A stretch of 64,000 nucleotides of DNA from IMG/VR virus record IMGVR_UViG_3300014205_009008; one strand, given 5' to 3'. Below the pieces are notes generated by a model. It ran no database searches. It was not told where the DNA came from and saw nothing but the letters and a program-made list of their open reading frames with translations. Position 1 is the stretch's first letter, and each line of letters starts with the position of its first letter. Origin of the DNA: an uncultured virus (IMG/VR IMGVR_UViG_3300014205_009008). Taxonomy: Duplodnaviria; Heunggongvirae; Uroviricota; Caudoviricetes. Below are positions 20,951-31,377 of this stretch, piece after piece. Both the position numbers and the translations under genes were made by a program.

Positions 20951-22080
20951 GCAACTACAGGAACATGCAGTATTGGCTGGAGACACTCTCCGAGCCACCC
21001 TTTATTGGGCTAGGTGAAACACCTGGCGACCCTATTTTTCATGCCGAAGGCAACGTGCTTATTCATACCAAAATGGTGCTGGAGGAATTGAAAAAGTTAC
21101 CGGAATTCAAAGACCTTAACGAATCCGACCAGCTGGTGCTAAGGTTAGCAGCCCTGTTTCATGATACCGGCAAACAAAGCTGCTGGGTGAACATTGACGG
21201 ACGAATTAGCTATGCAGGACATAGTAGAGAAAGCAATAAAATTTTCTACTCATATTTCTGGGAGAACGGATATAACAATATCACCCTCGAGGAACGCCGC
21301 CAAGTACACGGGCTTATTGCCTGCCACTCGTGGCCCCCAAATCTCTTTAATGGGACAAAGGTCGTAAAAGATTACCCGCCAGAAGCCCACGTGATCCATT
21401 CCAGCCAATATTGTCGAAACGACCTTTTGCATTTGCTCTCCAAAGCAGACATGCTGGGGCGTACTAGCAAAATTGACAAAAAGGGTAGCATCGCAGCAGT
21501 TGATTTATACAGGGACCTGTCCAAAGAACTTAATTGCCTGTCCGCACCATACAAATTTGACAACGATCATGCGAGATACAAATTTCTAAACGACCCAAAT
21601 GGCAATTTTAACTATCAGGCCTTCGACGATACAAAAATGGTACTGCACATGATGATGGGAGTGCCAGGCAGCGGCAAATCCACATATCGTACCAAAGTCC
21701 TTGGATCATTGCCATGCATCTCCCTTGATGAAATTAGAATCGAACTTGGGCTGCCACCGGGAGAATCAACACACCGGACGCTTGTACCAGCCTACGAACG
21801 GTTCAGGGAAATCCTCAGGGAACACAAAGACTGCGTGTGGGATGCCGTTAACGTCAGGTTCGATATCAGGCAGCAAGTTTTCTCATTGGCGAGGCAATAT
21901 GGTGCAAAGACCATCATACACTTTGTAGACAAAGACAAAGAAGCATGCCATAAGGGAAATAAAAATAGAGAAGCAAAAACACCCGATTACGTTGTTGATG
22001 GGATAGCAGCAACAATGCAGATGCCGAAACTTTCAGAATCGCACCAGTTTGACTGGCAGCAACCGACCACAAAAACATAA
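20947..22080 (+). CDS. HD phosphohydrolase fused to a P-loop (AAA_33/PNK-like) kinase
   Basis: HAEGNVLIHTKMV, LAALFHDTGK, GVPGSGKST and VWDAVN; GTG start overlapping the upstream stop is inferred. Confidence 0.85.
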   Translation: MSNYRNMQYWLETLSEPPFIGLGETPGDPIFHAEGNVLIHTKMVLEELKKLPEFKDLNESDQLVLRLAALFHDTGKQSCWVNIDGRISYAGHSRESNKIFYSYFWENGYNNITLEERRQVHGLIACHSWPPNLFNGTKVVKDYPPEAHVIHSSQYCRNDLLHLLSKADMLGRTSKIDKKGSIAAVDLYRDLSKELNCLSAPYKFDNDHARYKFLNDPNGNFNYQAFDDTKMVLHMMMGVPGSGKSTYRTKVLGSLPCISLDEIRIELGLPPGESTHRTLVPAYERFREILREHKDCVWDAVNVRFDIRQQVFSLARQYGAKTIIHFVDKDKEACHKGNKNREAKTPDYVVDGIAATMQMPKLSESHQFDWQQPTTKT

Positions 22081-22084
22081 AACC

Positions 22085-22546
22085 ATGAACGCCAAAGTCA
22101 AAATGTTTTTCATCTTCGCAGTGCTAGTCCTATCTGCACTCTACCTGCCCATCCTTGTTATCATGTTATCACTCGCGCATCTGATATATTGGGGTGTAAC
22201 TTGGAACGACAAGATCAGCCCAGAAACATACGAGCAAGAAAATCTGTCCCTCCCAGCAGATATTCTCTGTTACCTAATTACCATGCTATCAGCTATCGGA
22301 GGACTGATTCGCTTTGGAGAAACAGCACCTTTCACAGTTTACCAAATGTTTGGAAAGTTATTCACGATAGACAGCTCTACAAAGTATGGTATAGCCATCG
22401 CAGGCATAGCACTTATGTTCGTAGTAGATATTATGGACCGCATGCATAGGACATGTAATGCCAAATTCGAAAAGGAAATTCAGGATTTTGCAAAGGCTGA
22501 AGCCGAGCTTGGCGCAGAAGACCCAGTCGAAGGCAAAATTAAATAA
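22085..22546 (+). CDS. Hypothetical membrane protein
   Basis: Several hydrophobic segments; start follows AAACATAAAACC. Confidence 0.5.
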   Translation: MNAKVKMFFIFAVLVLSALYLPILVIMLSLAHLIYWGVTWNDKISPETYEQENLSLPADILCYLITMLSAIGGLIRFGETAPFTVYQMFGKLFTIDSSTKYGIAIAGIALMFVVDIMDRMHRTCNAKFEKEIQDFAKAEAELGAEDPVEGKIK

Positions 22547-22581
22547 TTCTGGTTACACCAGAATAAAGAAAATTCCAAATC

Positions 22582-23352
22582 ATGATTGCGCGCCTACAGA
22601 CAAAAAACGGGAAGCCGTACTCTGTGGCCGCCACATTGGCAATAGAAGGCTTCATCCAGCGCGGCTATGAGGTAGTCCCATTTGACATCAAAGATATTGA
22701 CCGTATTCAATGGCAAAAAACCGAACCAGTCATAGGTGGAGTTGGAACATGTCGTAGAATCCTCGAACATCTCGGAGTTAACTGGCACCGCGACACCTAT
22801 CCAATCCAGCTCCGCAGTCACTTTAGGAGAAATCTTAGCACCTGCAAGATAGGCGAACTAAAAGAGTCTGATTTGCCAGTCTTTATCAAGCCAACTCTTG
22901 ATACAAAAACATTCACTGGTTTTGTGTGCAAGGACAAGTATGACCGCCGACTTGGAAACATTCCGCCAGACTTAGACATCTACAAGGTGGAAGTGGTAGA
23001 GTTCCTGACGGAATATAGAGTCTACGTTCTGGACGGGAAGATCCTCAATATAGCAAGATATACAGGACCAGTAGACCACATGCCAGACGTCTCCACCATA
23101 CGAGACATGATCAATGCCATGCACTCAACAACCACCGAGGGTCCCATCGCCTACAGCCTGGATGTAGGGGTTCTAGACACAGGAGACACTGTATTAGTTG
23201 AGGTTAACGATGCACTAAGCCTTGGAAACTACGGGCTTTGCCCAGCATTGTACTCCAAAATGATCAGCGCAAGATGGCTTCAGCTAGTAGGGCTGTCATA
23301 TCTGGAGGATGCAGAAATAAACGACTCACCAAGCTACATAAACGCAAACTAG
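22582..23352 (+). CDS. ATP-grasp domain protein (DUF4343/R2K-like)
   Basis: PVFIKP...KTFTG, EYRVYV, YSLDVG and LVEVNDALSLGNYG. Confidence 0.8.
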   Translation: MIARLQTKNGKPYSVAATLAIEGFIQRGYEVVPFDIKDIDRIQWQKTEPVIGGVGTCRRILEHLGVNWHRDTYPIQLRSHFRRNLSTCKIGELKESDLPVFIKPTLDTKTFTGFVCKDKYDRRLGNIPPDLDIYKVEVVEFLTEYRVYVLDGKILNIARYTGPVDHMPDVSTIRDMINAMHSTTTEGPIAYSLDVGVLDTGDTVLVEVNDALSLGNYGLCPALYSKMISARWLQLVGLSYLEDAEINDSPSYINAN

Positions 23353-23382
23353 GCTACGCCAAAACCAAATACAAACCATATC

Positions 23383-23547
23383 ATGGAAATCAAAGTCAAA
23401 ACAAACTCAGGTGAAACCCGCACATTCAGGTCCAAAGAGCCGGTTACCGAAAAAGTCATCACTGAGTTCACCAAAATCCACGAAGGATCCATCAAGAGCG
23501 AAGGGTGGGTTATCGTTGAGCCCAAGGTCAACATCTCGGCAAACTAA
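23383..23547 (+). CDS. Small hypothetical protein (54 aa, not in the ORF track)
   Basis: MEIKVKTNSG...; starts 26 nt after the GC-TAC-GC loop and its stop overlaps the next ATG. Confidence 0.55.
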   Translation: MEIKVKTNSGETRTFRSKEPVTEKVITEFTKIHEGSIKSEGWVIVEPKVNISAN

Positions 23548-24050
23548 TGTCACCTATGGAATTCAACCAATGCAAAACCTGCGGCGCGAATAATGGGCGT
23601 GCTGGAACCCTAATCGACGGCGAATGTCTGAACTGCCACGATACGCGCGAGACTGGTGCAGGATGCGTACATGAGAACCTGCAAAGAACGCCAGAAGAGC
23701 TCAAAAAGACCTTCGCAATAATCAAAACAGAGAGTGCTAAGGACCCTTCCAGCGATATGAAAAAACAGGTCAAATGTTTGGGCAAAGTCCGCGTCCTTGA
23801 ACCGGGCAAGGGCAAAGAGGACTTTATCACAGTCTCGCTTTTTCCAGAAGACGGCATTGAGGTAATTGGTGAAGCGCGCAAGTCAGATCTGCCACAAGAA
23901 TTGCACAAGGTTGGAGCAGTTTTCACATATACTGCAAGCGACAAGTATACCTACCGATTCGAACCAGTAACCGTCAAGGAACTAACTGAGGCAGACATTG
24001 CCCGCCTACAAGAAAATGCAGAGCGTATCGCAGCACTAACGGAAGAATAA
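23547..24050 (+). CDS. Hypothetical protein
   Basis: CxxC pairs at the N-terminus. Confidence 0.5.
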   Translation: MSPMEFNQCKTCGANNGRAGTLIDGECLNCHDTRETGAGCVHENLQRTPEELKKTFAIIKTESAKDPSSDMKKQVKCLGKVRVLEPGKGKEDFITVSLFPEDGIEVIGEARKSDLPQELHKVGAVFTYTASDKYTYRFEPVTVKELTEADIARLQENAERIAALTEE

Positions 24051-24051
24051 T

Positions 24052-24501
24052 ATGCGTCCAAAATACACCATCGTCGACGGCAAATACCCAATCATCATGA
24101 CCGATGCGAGCCAGCATGGTGACTTCGGGCAAGGACTCAAAAAGACATCAGCGGGACATTGCAGCATCGACTTCAGGGACAATGATGTTTTTGTGAGCTG
24201 CTGGGGCTCATCCATTGGGCTCAAAGTCAATTCCGACCCAAAAAACGATGAGGAGCTTATTCAAGAAATGCTCAGGGGTGAGTTTAAGTACATCGTTAAC
24301 GATCTTTTCCCAGTTGTTTTCTCCAGTGCACTGCAACACGAACAGGTTTGTACGTGGCGAGACCTAACTGGTGGCAAATGCACTGTCGCCGACGTCCACA
24401 ACGATGCAAAAGTCACACTTCACCCAGACTGTGGCACAAAGCTAGAGCAGGGAGAAGGGGATCAGTGGGCAATGGACAGGCTCTTTAAGAAAGAGTACTA
24501 A
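24052..24501 (+). CDS. Hypothetical protein with an internal duplication
   Basis: KYTIVDGKYPII and KYIVNDLFPVV halves. Confidence 0.5.
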   Translation: MRPKYTIVDGKYPIIMTDASQHGDFGQGLKKTSAGHCSIDFRDNDVFVSCWGSSIGLKVNSDPKNDEELIQEMLRGEFKYIVNDLFPVVFSSALQHEQVCTWRDLTGGKCTVADVHNDAKVTLHPDCGTKLEQGEGDQWAMDRLFKKEY

Positions 24502-24851
24502 ACATCGATCCCACAGGATAATTGACTGTCCAAGTCAGTTCGTACGGATCTGCAAAAACTTTTTTGCGACATCTTAAATGATGCCTGATCTGTTATATCA
24601 ACGAAGGCGCCACCATTAGCTTGGAATTGTTTAAACTCCTCAACACCAGCCGGAGTAGAAAGATCAAACTCCGCCTCTGGATCCCACAGCGATAATTCCG
24701 TAATTTCATCGTATGTTTTTGCATCGGCTATTACCTCTACAAACTCACCTGGCAATTTGAAAACTTCTACCTTGCCGTTACTCCCAACTCCCACCGGCAA
24801 CTTATAGTCGGAGGCAAGCAGGACTTCCCGTTGTTCGTCTGAAATCTGCAT
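24498..24851 (-). CDS. Hypothetical protein, leaderless
   Basis: TTGACT-N17-TATAGT (24858-24886) lies 6 nt before the ATG. Confidence 0.6.
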   Translation of the reverse strand: MQISDEQREVLLASDYKLPVGVGSNGKVEVFKLPGEFVEVIADAKTYDEITELSLWDPEAEFDLSTPAGVEEFKQFQANGGAFVDITDQASFKMSQKSFCRSVRTDLDSQLSCGIDV

Positions 24852-24928
24852 TTAATAACTATAGCTGATTCCCGACAGCGAGTCAATAGCATCTATACAC
24901 TTTTCTAAGCTGCAAAAACAAAATTTCC

Positions 24929-26047
24929 ATGCGCAACGCACACAAATCCAACGAGATCATAGACCTAGTAGCTAAACTAGGCAGCGCAAAACCGTCAGAA
25001 CTAGTAGCCCTGCAACAATTAGGGTTGCCTAAGGTGGAAAGGAAAGTCCTAATGAATAGGATGAACAGTATCTTATTCAATCTTTGCAAGTCAGGCAAGC
25101 TCACAAAAAACAATGGAACTGTTAAAATAGCTACAGCATTTACCAGCAAAGGGAGTATCCCAAGTCCGTCCAAAGATACAAAGAAAAGGGGCATAAACTC
25201 AGTTCTATCTCCAGGTGCCCGTATAGTAGAAACACAATCTACGGATAACGGGTATGGAGAGTCGCCGTCCAAAATATGGGCACGGTCCACACTAGGCGAA
25301 ATTGTAGGGAAAACAATCGGCGATGCAAAGACAAGTGCACTATCACTACCCGGCATCTCGTGGAAAGGCGAAATTGAATGGCTCGATCGGTGTAAAAACC
25401 TTAAAAGGGTCATTGGCGTAGAAGAAGAGGCAGAGGTGATCAAGGCGGGAGACCCAATCAGGAAAAAATTGCAGGCTAAATACGGTAGAAGCCTTAGGTA
25501 CGTCCCAACCTCACTACAAAAGGTGTTTTTGCAGCCAGGCAAGGATAAAGAACTCGTGGCGCTACGGAACTCTCTAAAGCTCAAAGAGGGATACGGCATT
25601 GTGTGGCTAGATCTGATGGGGGCACTAAACCCTCTTAGTCTTCAGTTGATGCTCAGTGTGCTGGCATGTTCGCCCTCCAAGAACGAAGATTCACTATTCA
25701 GCCATATTTGGGCGCAGGGTAAATCCGGGGTGTTTGCAACAACGCTAGCATTTACACAACCAGGACCTATGCTCTGGGATAAATACACAGAAGTAGGCAA
25801 ATGTGTTACACCAACAAAACTACACCAAGATAAGAGGCTTGTCAAGCTAAACAGCCTGACAGCTATTATGAACAGGCAGTTTCAGGAAACACTAACTCTC
25901 CAGCCAAACACATACCTAGCCTATAGAAACACATCCGAGGATAAGACAATGGCAAGGCCGATGTGCATGCTCATCTGGGAAGTGAAAGAGGGAAGCCATC
26001 CAGTAGAATATCCTGAAGTCGTCCTAACGCCGCCACAAAATAAATGA
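24929..26047 (+). CDS. Hypothetical protein, possible SAM-methyltransferase-like fold
   Basis: ALSLPG...VIGVEEE...IVWLDLMG resembles Rossmann MTase motifs; weak. Confidence 0.35.
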   Translation: MRNAHKSNEIIDLVAKLGSAKPSELVALQQLGLPKVERKVLMNRMNSILFNLCKSGKLTKNNGTVKIATAFTSKGSIPSPSKDTKKRGINSVLSPGARIVETQSTDNGYGESPSKIWARSTLGEIVGKTIGDAKTSALSLPGISWKGEIEWLDRCKNLKRVIGVEEEAEVIKAGDPIRKKLQAKYGRSLRYVPTSLQKVFLQPGKDKELVALRNSLKLKEGYGIVWLDLMGALNPLSLQLMLSVLACSPSKNEDSLFSHIWAQGKSGVFATTLAFTQPGPMLWDKYTEVGKCVTPTKLHQDKRLVKLNSLTAIMNRQFQETLTLQPNTYLAYRNTSEDKTMARPMCMLIWEVKEGSHPVEYPEVVLTPPQNK

Positions 26048-26301
26048 ACCTCATATCCACATTTACAGGAAAAACAGCCAAAGAGCAGGCTGAGCTTAAA
26101 CCACCATTTGGGCCAGGACTCACTGAGACAGCAAGGGTCGAAACTTTGGAAGTTTATGGAACAAGTTTCACCGATCAAGGAGACGACCACTGCGAGTTTA
26201 GAGCATTAGACGCCGCAGGTACACTGCTCGCCACAGTTAAGGTTCCAGGATACTAAAAATATCCATAACAAGAAAACCAATACCAGCTATAATACACACC
26301 C

Positions 26302-26823
26302 ATGAAAAACGTAATACTATCCCTCCTGCTCCTAGCAACCTCCACAGCACTTCAAGCAGGCACAGACTTCAAATCCTTTAAAGAAGTCGTCGAGCCAGTC
26401 TCCAAGTTCAAAAACCAAGAGTTGCAGGTTAATCTATTCTATGTCCAAGCCTTTGGGCCAGCAACATCAGGCTACACAACAAATACAGGCTCTGGAGGAG
26501 GATTTGGGGTTAACTATATCTTCGCAAGGTATTTCGGTATCGGCGTGGATAACTTCTGGTACAGCAACGACAACAAGTCCAATTACTTTCTTCTGCCTAC
26601 AGCAACAGTCCGCTATCCTATCGAATCTCTCAGCCTTGCTCCTTATGCAGTCATAGGTGGAGGAGTTGGGTTTGGCAAGACAAACATCGGTTTCGGCACT
26701 GTCGGAGGAGGTCTTGAATATAGGCTAACTTCCAACCTTGGAACATACGTCGATGCAAGGTGGTTGTATGGTGCACCGAATAACGCAGCAACGCTAAGCA
26801 CCGGGTTGCGAATAGTATTCTAA
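26302..26823 (+). CDS. Outer-membrane beta-barrel protein
   Basis: Signal peptide, alternating beta strands (PYAVIGGGVG, GGGLEYR) and a terminal Phe. Confidence 0.8.
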   Translation: MKNVILSLLLLATSTALQAGTDFKSFKEVVEPVSKFKNQELQVNLFYVQAFGPATSGYTTNTGSGGGFGVNYIFARYFGIGVDNFWYSNDNKSNYFLLPTATVRYPIESLSLAPYAVIGGGVGFGKTNIGFGTVGGGLEYRLTSNLGTYVDARWLYGAPNNAATLSTGLRIVF

Positions 26824-27116
26824 TGGATAACGTCAATGCAAGAAACCAAGCCGCGCTTACATTGGCTTTGGGCTGTGCCCGTGGAGCTCTACTTGATGTT
26901 TTATCGGGCGAGTTCACACCTGAGCAGATCAAACATATCTACAATACTACATCCGCAACAAACATCGCATCAAGTATTGCGGTAGCGGAACAAGACCTAG
27001 AGACAGATTGGGCAGTGCATCTGACAGATCAAGAGCAGCAGAAAATTAAAGGGCACTGCCCATAATAAGCCAAAAATTAGATTTGCTTTTAAAAGACAAA
27101 TCTGATATATTTGGCG

Positions 27117-27590
27117 ATGCCCTTCCCTCGCCTTTTACCCATCCTAGCCTTTACAATGCTGGCGTTGGTTACCCAAGCACCTGCTAAGACTAACAAATCA
27201 GAAGCAGACAACGCGCCAAAGTCTGTTCCAGTACCAGAGGCACAGGTACCAACAGGAACATGTATTAGAATCAGTTTATCAAATCAATGTGCGTGGCTAT
27301 ATCAGGACGGCAAGGTAGTCAACACAACAGCTGTATGCACTGGTCGGCCTGGCCGAAGAACACCAACAGGAAACTTCTTCGTTATAAACAAGCACAAAGA
27401 CTGGATATCAACAATATATCATGTGCCAATGCCATACTTTTTAAGATTAGACCCAGGGTATTTTGGATTGCACGCAGGTCACATGGCCGGAAAACCAGCA
27501 TCACACGGTTGCATACGCTTGCCAAAAGGCAAAGCCGCAGAGTTCTTTTCAGTTGTACCAGTTGGCACACCGGTAAAAATCGAACAATAG
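27117..27590 (+). CDS. L,D-transpeptidase (YkuD family)
   Basis: TGRPGRRTPTG, LHAG...ASHGCIRLP, GTPV and a signal peptide; TTGCTT-N17-TATATT lies 5 nt before the ATG at 27117. Confidence 0.9.
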   Translation: MPFPRLLPILAFTMLALVTQAPAKTNKSEADNAPKSVPVPEAQVPTGTCIRISLSNQCAWLYQDGKVVNTTAVCTGRPGRRTPTGNFFVINKHKDWISTIYHVPMPYFLRLDPGYFGLHAGHMAGKPASHGCIRLPKGKAAEFFSVVPVGTPVKIEQ

Positions 27591-27602
27591 GCAGACTGAA
27601 AA

Positions 27603-28175
27603 TTACATATCAAAATCTGCCTGCTCCGATTCAGTTATTGGAGCTATTCCCCTAGTTTGATTCCTAGTCTTAAACTCTCCAAAGCTCCAAGCTACATTGT
27701 CACCCTCGCAGCTTTTTTGTACTACTTTAAGTTCCTCAATACAGAGTCCGCGCAATGATTTGTTGAGCTTCTGCTGTAATTCATATAGATTTGGAGCAGT
27801 AGCCAAACACATATCCCCAAGTTTTGTTGGCATTCCAGCTAATCCAGCTAGTTTGTCTCCAAGCGCAGCAAGACCAGTAGCAGGTTTAAAAATACCAATA
27901 CATATGTAGTCAGAACCCAGTTTATATAAGTTTAAATCTATGCCACGAATTGCTTTGTCTTCTCTCCTGTATTTGGTAGATACTGATCCAAGCAGCGGCA
28001 GGGATAACTCACACTTCCCTACTTCTGGTTCACGCAAAGATTCGGCAATAAAGGCTTTCTTCGGCTGATATAGTTTTAAATCTGTATTCTGTACAGTAAA
28101 ACCAACAGCTTGGAGCTTACCCTTGAACATTGCCTCGGGAATAATGTATCCGCCACAATCACACGTTCTTTTCAT
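27603..28175 (-). CDS. Hypothetical protein, leaderless
   Basis: TTGACA-N18-TACTAT (28181-28210) lies 5 nt before the ATG at 28175. Confidence 0.6.
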   Translation of the reverse strand: MKRTCDCGGYIIPEAMFKGKLQAVGFTVQNTDLKLYQPKKAFIAESLREPEVGKCELSLPLLGSVSTKYRREDKAIRGIDLNLYKLGSDYICIGIFKPATGLAALGDKLAGLAGMPTKLGDMCLATAPNLYELQQKLNKSLRGLCIEELKVVQKSCEGDNVAWSFGEFKTRNQTRGIAPITESEQADFDM

Positions 28176-28236
28176 TCCACATAGTACCGTGCTGACATAA
28201 GTCATGTCAATGGGCATATTAAACATAAATTAAGCC

Positions 28237-28911
28237 ATGTTTCAAAGCAAAAAGGCATTATTTCATCATTGTATTCCCTTAGAGAAACTCATCACTGTTA
28301 ATGGCGATATGGTGTCCAGCCAACACCATTCCACAGACGATGACGCGGCATTTATTCCAGCCTATACATGGTGGCACGATACCTTTGGATTCTGGCCTAT
28401 ATTCCTAGCCGTAGGGAACGGGCCAAACACTCTCGGAATGACAGGTTACCCAAACCAGTTTGGCCGAGTTATATCTAGCAGGTGGGATGAGAAAAGGAAA
28501 AGATCTGTCCGAACCCTTCGACCAAAAGGGGATATGCGCAACTATGTGCTACTTTCGTTCGAGGAGGCAGAATGTCTGCCCCATAACTTCGATACATGGG
28601 AAAATATCATCTGTTTCTCATCGCCACTTCCATTGCCAATAGGTGTAGAAAGGGATCCAGCCTTACCACCTTACGCAAAAATACCAAAACAATACGTTAA
28701 ATCTTTAGTCGGTCAGACCAAAAGAAAGCTCTCAAACTGGATAAAGCTAGCCAAGAAAAAGGATGGGCGCGTTCAGGCATGCGCGCCACGGTTGGATATG
28801 ACTAAAGTCATTGAGATAAAGGTCAGAAACCAGAAGACCAAGAAGTTGCTGGAGAACATCGGATATCAAAATGTCGAAGTATTGCGCGTACCAGCACCCA
28901 AATGGTATTGA
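28237..28911 (+). CDS. Hypothetical protein
   Basis: 224-aa ORF after AAACATAAATT. Confidence 0.55.
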   Translation: MFQSKKALFHHCIPLEKLITVNGDMVSSQHHSTDDDAAFIPAYTWWHDTFGFWPIFLAVGNGPNTLGMTGYPNQFGRVISSRWDEKRKRSVRTLRPKGDMRNYVLLSFEEAECLPHNFDTWENIICFSSPLPLPIGVERDPALPPYAKIPKQYVKSLVGQTKRKLSNWIKLAKKKDGRVQACAPRLDMTKVIEIKVRNQKTKKLLENIGYQNVEVLRVPAPKWY

Positions 28912-29181
28912 GAGGAACGAAAATGAAACCCAAATACATACCACTTATCGAAGCCAAAATAAAGCTCCCAACAAAGGCATTCGTCCAAAGAAGCAAGCAG
29001 ATTGGTCCAGATGCCTGGGAAGATTATGTGGACGAATATGTCGTATGGAGCATTTTTGAAAATACAGCCTTAGTAACAGGTGGGGGCGAGAAAATCAATA
29101 CCATTCACATCCACAATCTAGTAGTGCCGTACAAGCCCGAAGCAGACGATATAGAAATCTAGTTGGAGCAAAACATAATTT

Positions 29182-29763
29182 TTGACCAACAAGACCGTGC
29201 CAAAAGAACCACAACCTACTCAACCTACTAATTCGAACAATGCCCTTGGCTTTTCCCTAGAGGAAATGCAGACATTGGCCAAACTTAACGGGGAAAGTGC
29301 AAAAGCTTGGTGGACAGAACTCTCTGAGGATGATCGTAAAAGAGTTGAATCGCGCGAGAGTTATGAAGCATTTAAGCTTGGATGGGCTGCAGCAAAATTA
29401 CGGTGCCCATCCACAACTATCAAACAGTACTATCTGGTCATGCCGGCTGACCTCAATCACGTGGGGACCATGTTTGGTGGCGTTGCCATGAACCTGGCAG
29501 ACAAGTACGGTGCAATTTGCGGTTCACTAGCATATCCTGATGCAACCTTTGTCACTAGGCACTTCGACATCTTTAATTTCCTTTCGCCAGCACACTTGGG
29601 AGACATCCTTGAGATCACCGCAACACTGCTCGAAACGGGAAACACATCCATTACCGTCGGAATAGATGCAGTAAATACGAAGTCACGCTCAAAGATATTC
29701 TCCACCAAGGCGGTATATGTCAACATCCTCAACGGGATTAAAGCACCAATACCTACCAAATGA
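29182..29763 (+). CDS. Hotdog-fold acyl-CoA thioesterase with an N-terminal extension
   Basis: VMPADLNHVGTMFGG...FLSPAHLGDIL...GNTSI. Confidence 0.85.
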   Translation: MTNKTVPKEPQPTQPTNSNNALGFSLEEMQTLAKLNGESAKAWWTELSEDDRKRVESRESYEAFKLGWAAAKLRCPSTTIKQYYLVMPADLNHVGTMFGGVAMNLADKYGAICGSLAYPDATFVTRHFDIFNFLSPAHLGDILEITATLLETGNTSITVGIDAVNTKSRSKIFSTKAVYVNILNGIKAPIPTK

Positions 29764-29914
29764 TCGCAGCGCTAGTATTTGTCAGATCGGCTAACCAAGC
29801 ACCAATTCCAAACTACGTTGGTCTCCTACTCCTCTTAGTAAGTCTAGCTGGAATGTTGTTGCTACTATATGGATCTAGTAGAAAAGATAAAGACAATCAA
29901 AACACGCGCAAGAA

Positions 29915-31375
29915 ATGAACGCTGCTAAACAAATAGAAGTCTTGAATAGCCTGCTGAAAAGTAAGAACCCCGACTACCAAGAGCTAGCCAAACTCAAGCT
30001 TGCCGAACTGGCAGAACCAGTTTCCAACGATGCCGATATAGCCAAACTACGCAAAGCAGCCAAATCAGGAAAACTACACAAGCTGCCAAAGGCGATATTC
30101 ACACAATTTAACATCCTTGGTATCAAAGTCGACGACACCATCATCCACACCGCTGCCAAATACGGGCACCTAGACCAGTTGCCAGAGGAGCTACTTACTG
30201 AGCGAAACCTACTAACCCCAAATAAAAAAGGATACACACCGTTGTACCTGTGCGCTGAAAATGGGCACCTCAACCAAATCCCCAGTTGGATGTTGACAGC
30301 CAAAAACCTAAGAGCAAACGAGGAAAAAGGTAGGTCAGCGATTAGCGCAGCTGCAAGGACCAAGCACATAGATCAAGTACCAAGCAAAGCATTCGAAGAA
30401 ATAGTCATACAACATGACATAAAATACACAAAAGTCAAAGGCAGCCCGCCACGTCTAGGCGAGGGGGCACACGTTCTACACGAGATGCAAACATACGATT
30501 GTCTGCATCAGGCGCCAAAAGCACTGTTGACCGAAAAGCGGCTACTCGCGCCAGACCCAATAATGGAATACACCATGGTACACTGGTTAGCAAACAGTGG
30601 GCACCTAGACATGGTACCCGCTAGCATCTTGGTACCTAAGAACCTCCTACTAAAGACAACCACCGGAAAGACTGTCCTCCACTGTTGCGCAATATCAGGA
30701 AATCTTGACGCCGTCCCAAAACAGTATATTACATTAGAAAACGTACTCGTAAAGAACAACGATGGAGATACAGTACTTCACGCCTTTGCAGAATACGGGC
30801 ATTTGGACAAGTTACCAGCAACCTTGTTAACCAAACAATCTGTGGCGATAAAAAACAAAGCGGGGTTGTCGACAATACACATGGCTGCCGGAGCTGGCCG
30901 CAAGCACTGCAGGGCGGGGCTCGCACAGATACCAAAAGCATTTATCACCCAAGAATCACTACTAGAATACGGAGCGAATGAGCATACAACCGTATTCCTA
31001 GCAGTCGCAAGCGGCGAGCTAACCAATATCCCAACAGAGTTACTCACTGCAGAAACCCTACTTGCGGAAACCCCAAACAGACAAAATATCCCCCTGCACA
31101 GGGCAGCAGAGCTTGGTTACTTGGACCAGATACCTAGGGGAGTATTGACATCAAGTAATCTACTCGTGCAGGATTGTCGTGGAAATAGTCCACTCTCTAA
31201 TGCCTTTAAACACGGGTACTCAGATCAACTCCTAGGACTAGAATTGGAAGACAATCAGCCAATCCGGGAAATAGTAGGGGACGACTGGTGGGCTAGGAAC
31301 AAAAAATTATTAGCAGATAGGGCATGTCTGACAACAACAACCTCAACTGATGGGAAAAGTATAGACTTATTCTAA
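29915..31375 (+). CDS. Ankyrin-repeat protein with WW/DLF tail
   Basis: About 10 repeats of GxTxLHxxAxxGHLDQxP; ends GDDWW...SIDLF. Confidence 0.9.
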   Translation: MNAAKQIEVLNSLLKSKNPDYQELAKLKLAELAEPVSNDADIAKLRKAAKSGKLHKLPKAIFTQFNILGIKVDDTIIHTAAKYGHLDQLPEELLTERNLLTPNKKGYTPLYLCAENGHLNQIPSWMLTAKNLRANEEKGRSAISAAARTKHIDQVPSKAFEEIVIQHDIKYTKVKGSPPRLGEGAHVLHEMQTYDCLHQAPKALLTEKRLLAPDPIMEYTMVHWLANSGHLDMVPASILVPKNLLLKTTTGKTVLHCCAISGNLDAVPKQYITLENVLVKNNDGDTVLHAFAEYGHLDKLPATLLTKQSVAIKNKAGLSTIHMAAGAGRKHCRAGLAQIPKAFITQESLLEYGANEHTTVFLAVASGELTNIPTELLTAETLLAETPNRQNIPLHRAAELGYLDQIPRGVLTSSNLLVQDCRGNSPLSNAFKHGYSDQLLGLELEDNQPIREIVGDDWWARNKKLLADRACLTTTTSTDGKSIDLF

Positions 31376-31377
31376 AC

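Noticed and set aside
24883..25599. 238-aa minus-strand ORF
   Set aside because: Fully antisense to 24929-26047 and has no promoter or motif support.
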